A stretch of DNA of 64,000 nucleotides from Camelus dromedarius. Lineage: Eukaryota. Below the pieces are notes generated by a model, which saw nothing but the letters and a program-made list of their open reading frames with translations, was not told the origin of the DNA and did no database searches. Positions 60,381 to 64,000 of the stretch are shown here, one piece after another. Made by a program: the position numbers and the translations under genes. The first letter of the stretch is position 1, and each line of letters begins with the position of its first letter. Where the stretch lies: contig NC_087436.1 of the NCBI RefSeq assembly GCF_036321535.1, positions 120,716,001-120,780,000 on the forward strand. The letters are read 5' to 3'.

Positions 60381-62134
60381 CGCTTTCCCTAAAAGGAATC
60401 CACTGAGAGCTGGTGAAGCGAGGGGGTTGCCCCCAGCGTGCCTAGGTTGCTGGCGTAGAGGTGGCTTCAGCGAGGAAAGGAGCACTTGCCAAAGGGAGAG
60501 TGCCAAGGGTGGTGGCTGCTCTCCCCTGGGCCCTGCAGCCCCTCACAGCCTCCCCAAGCTGCTCTGAGCCTGAGCAAGCTGACAAACCTGTGGAGGCTGC
60601 TGGCGTCCAGACACCACAGCATGGAGAAGGTGGGCATGCTGGTGGGGGGCAGGGGTCCCGTCTGCCAAATCCCTCCCATCGCAGGTGAGGCACTGAGCCA
60701 CACAGGACAGTCCACCGCACGTGGCCAGAGCTGGCCCCCAGCGGCCCCCAGCCCCGTGCTCTTCCTCTGTCTCTGGTGTAAATTTCCTCCCTCCGCTTGT
60801 TTCTGCCCCTCCCTGTGGCCCAGACCCCCAGGATGCTGACACCCCCGGCCCCAGGAGGACACTGCGAGTCTGACAGGCATATAGAGAGGATGGAGTCTGG
60901 CCCCTGTCTGCTCCAAGAGGGGTGTGGCAGGGAGGATGAAGGTCTGGGGGTAGAGAAGGGGCACAGGAAGAGACAGTTGGGGGAGGCAAAGCCACACTGG
61001 CCTGGATGGGAGTGGGGCTGTCGTCAAGGAGAAAGAGGGGCCTCCAGCTCTGTGCAGAGCACCCCCTCATCCCCTGGCCAGCATGGTGGAGAGCGGTAGC
61101 CATTTCCCATCCTGTCACCCCAGCTCAGCAGGCAGGCGCCAGCAAGGCACTGCAGGTGCAGGTCGCTCCCAGGGCTGGGACAGGAGCCACTTGTTCCAGA
61201 AGACTCAGCTCCATCCTGTCTGCACTTCAGTTTCAGGGTCTGTGAAATGGAGAGTAGACCGCGCCCTCGCAGGGGGCCTGAGGAGTTGCTAAGCCAGCGC
61301 TGCCATTAACGGGACTGTCCCCCCACGTCCCCCCCCCCCCGCGCTAACTGAATTCTTCCTGGGATGCCTGTGTGCGGGGTGCGTGTGCTGGGACCTCGTC
61401 TGCCCCGCCCCCCGCTCAGCCGCCGCTGCTGAGATTGGAGCAGCTGCCCACGGCTTCCCCGTTTTCCTAATGGTTCAGTCTCGTCTGTGGCTCCATTAAA
61501 CAGAGCTTATAATTAAAGAAATGTGATGGGAAAGTTAGCTGATGGGAAGACCCGAGGCCTGGTACAGTTACAAGAGACAGTGTCTCTCGCGCCCTGATTA
61601 GCCGGCTCAGCCCGACCCAGGGTTAAGCGGAAGAACGCCTAGATTAATCCAGATTGACAATTATGACCATTTTTTTCTCCAGCGTCGAGCTTTCTCTCAT
61701 GGCTCCCTGCCAGGAAGGTATTGTGTTCCGAGACTAAAATACTTGTCATTTTTTTCTACAATTTCCGTTTAAAAAGTTCCAAATGTTCAGCCATATGATA
61801 TGAAACTGAACTTCAAGAAAATCCTGCAGGGGCTTTGACGGTGGAGAACACGTGGGGGTCTGATCCTCTGACCCCAAGTCGACAGAGGATACGGTTTCAG
61901 CCTTTCTTCTCCCCCCCACAACCCCCGCCGCCCTAAGGAGACAGGAGGGTCAGATCCTCGCAGAAGCTGGGGGTGGGGGTGGACAGAGTCCACCGAGATG
62001 CTCCCGCCTTGAAAACTCGCCCCCTTGTGTGGGTTTCCAGGGCAGAGCCCTGAGCCTGGAAGCTGGGACATCTGGTCTCTAAGCTCTGCCTCTGCACCCC
62101 TCAGTCTCCTTGTCTAATTATGCTCAAAAATTCA

Positions 62135-62300
62135 TTCTGCTAGGCACAATTAACTCATTGAATCCTCTTGAAAGCCCAGAAGGCAAAATTCTTATCTCCA
62201 CTTTACAGATGGGTAAACTGAGGCCAAGGGAGCTTAAGGGCCCACTGCAAGCAAGGGATAACGTCCACATTTGAGCCTCAGCTTTGACTCTAGTGCTTTG
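62135..62300 (-). mobile_element. MIR SINE
   Basis: 'taactcattgaatcctc...tatctccactttacagatgggtaaactgaggccaa'. Confidence 0.75.
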
Positions 62301-63904
62301 GCCAGATGCCTGCAGGTACTGGGGGCCGCCCCCTGGCTGGGACCCGCTGTCTGTCTGTAGATGAGTGTGCTGGGCTCCTTCATCTGAATTCTGTGAAGAG
62401 GAGGAGAAGGTGGACAGCCAGGAGGAGCATCTGAGGGTCAGCTCTCAGTCCTGGTGGCCCCACGCTCTGGGCCCTGCAGGACTAGCATGGGGAGGTCACC
62501 TCCGCCTGTCCAGCCCCTGGCCTGGCACTGGGCACAGAGGGGCTCCAAGAACAGCTGTCACCCTGGGCAGAACTCATGTGGAATCATCATTATCAATCTG
62601 TAAGGATGTGCATTGCCTATTGTTAGATTTTGAAAGGTGAACCGGACAAAGTCAGCGGGTGTAACCGCACCTACTGCTGTCGGAGCCCAGGTGCTGCAGA
62701 CGGAAACACGTCTTGGAGATGACGCGGGAATCAGGTGAAGACCCAGGAAACTCCCCGTTGGGAGGCCTTATCAGCTATTTCGTGCTTAACAAGGATCAGC
62801 TGTACCAGTTAATGTCCGTTACTGTGTCGATTCTGAGCTCCGCCCGGGAGCGCTCAGGGTCTGCTGAGCGAGTGAATGAATGATGAAGGATGGCGTCATT
62901 TCTTCACCGCCAGAAACCTCCAGGGCCCACGGGCCTCTGCTGCCTGACACCAGCCTTCCCCCCTGGGGTTCCCAGGGCCTGGCACCTCCCCGCTTCACCT
63001 GGGTCTCCTGCTGCAAATGCAGTGACGGTACAACACTGGCCAATAAAAGAGGGACAGGGAGTGACGGTGCCACGGGGCCCCTTGGCCATGCGTCCAGAAA
63101 ACACTCAGCTGAGCCCAAGGAGCGGCAGGAGGACCCCAGCTGAGTGTGGCCTTGGGTGCATCTCTCCAGAAGTAGCCGGCCTGGAACTCCTCAGCCCCGA
63201 ATATGCTCCCCTGGAAGAGGGGAGACTGAGGGTGTCGCACTGCACGGGGAAGGCAGGAGGCTCAGGGAGGTTTGGGGACTGACACAAAAAGTGGAGGTAG
63301 GACTTGAACTCCCAGCCCTGGAGCTCAGATGCATCATGGCCAAAGCCAGACAGGAGGTGCTCAGACGGCCAGCAGCTGGGTTTTCTCATGGCTCCTTCTC
63401 GCCTGGGCCCATCCTGCAGGATTTATGCCCAGGGCACCCAGGCAAGCATGAGCTGCCGCTGGGTTAGACTCTCACAGGTGCCCCCCTCCACAGGGTCCCC
63501 CAAGCCAGGGCAGACTGCCCTCTGCGTTTGTACCAATCTGAGGCCCAGGGCACTCCACCAACTCGCGGCTCCTCCTCTCCCATCAGACTCCAGGTCAGCA
63601 CTCAGTGGATCATTCAGGCTAAAGCCAGAATCTCCCCCTATACGTCCCACTAATTCAGACCAGGCCCAGGCTGCAGAACTCTATCTGGGGAGCCTCGAGG
63701 AGTCACGGATGCAATGCATCAAATGAGGAGCATGTTTGCACTGCTTGGCCCCCGAACAGACAAATGGAATTCTAAACTCTCTGGGGTGGAAGAGATCTTA
63801 AAAGGCATTCTACCCAGCCATCCCCAAACACCACCACCACCACCACCATCCAGAGCTCAGAGCTCCACACACAACTGAGAAAATTTAACACTGACACTCA
63901 GCCC

Positions 63905-63960
63905 CTTACGCACCTCCAGGGACGGAGAGCTCACTACATCTCAGAGCATCCTGCTTCCAC
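63905..63960 (-). mobile_element. L3/CR1-like fragment
   Basis: 'cacctccagggacggagagctcactacatctc' resembles the recalled L3 3' motif. Confidence 0.45.
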
Positions 63961-64000
63961 CATCAGCAGGTGAAACACATATCTCCCCTGCAGTCCTCAG

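Noticed and set aside
1..64000. Long ORFs in the track (e.g. 21934-22731, 36902-37714, 38382-39314, 49873-50769, 53608-54315) as genes
   Set aside because: Pro/Gly/Ala/Arg/Ser-rich translations with no recognisable domain, overlapping on all frames, often non-ATG starts and crossing repeats; expected in GC-rich DNA
1..64000. Naming the locus or claiming a novel multi-component system
   Set aside because: No exon or RNA gene I can recognise anchors the region, and everything seen is explained by known repeat classes plus putative cis-regulatory DNA

Overview
GC-rich eutherian mammal genomic DNA. Six tRNA-Ala(AGC)-derived SINEs and artiodactyl-type L1 3' ends suggest a camelid (inference). I find no credible protein-coding gene: the ORF track is what stop-poor GC-rich DNA and decayed repeats produce. 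The window holds (i) a CpG island at ~7.05-8.2 kb with promoter-like motifs; (ii) layered transposon fossils: an ~8 kb nested L1 stack, two ERV1-like solo LTRs, MaLR/MLT1 and MLT2 LTRs, MER58 and hAT remnants, L2, MIR and L3; (iii) a 3'-truncated U6 snRNA retrocopy; (iv) two minisatellites; and (v) about a dozen short non-repeat AT-rich islands dense in homeodomain, GATA, FOX and SOX words, resembling the enhancer landscape of a developmental gene. I could not identify the locus and found no evidence of a new multi-gene system. The best leads are regulatory and retrotransposition-mechanism observations. Repeat family names are from recalled consensus sequences, not a database search, and boundaries without TSDs are approximate.
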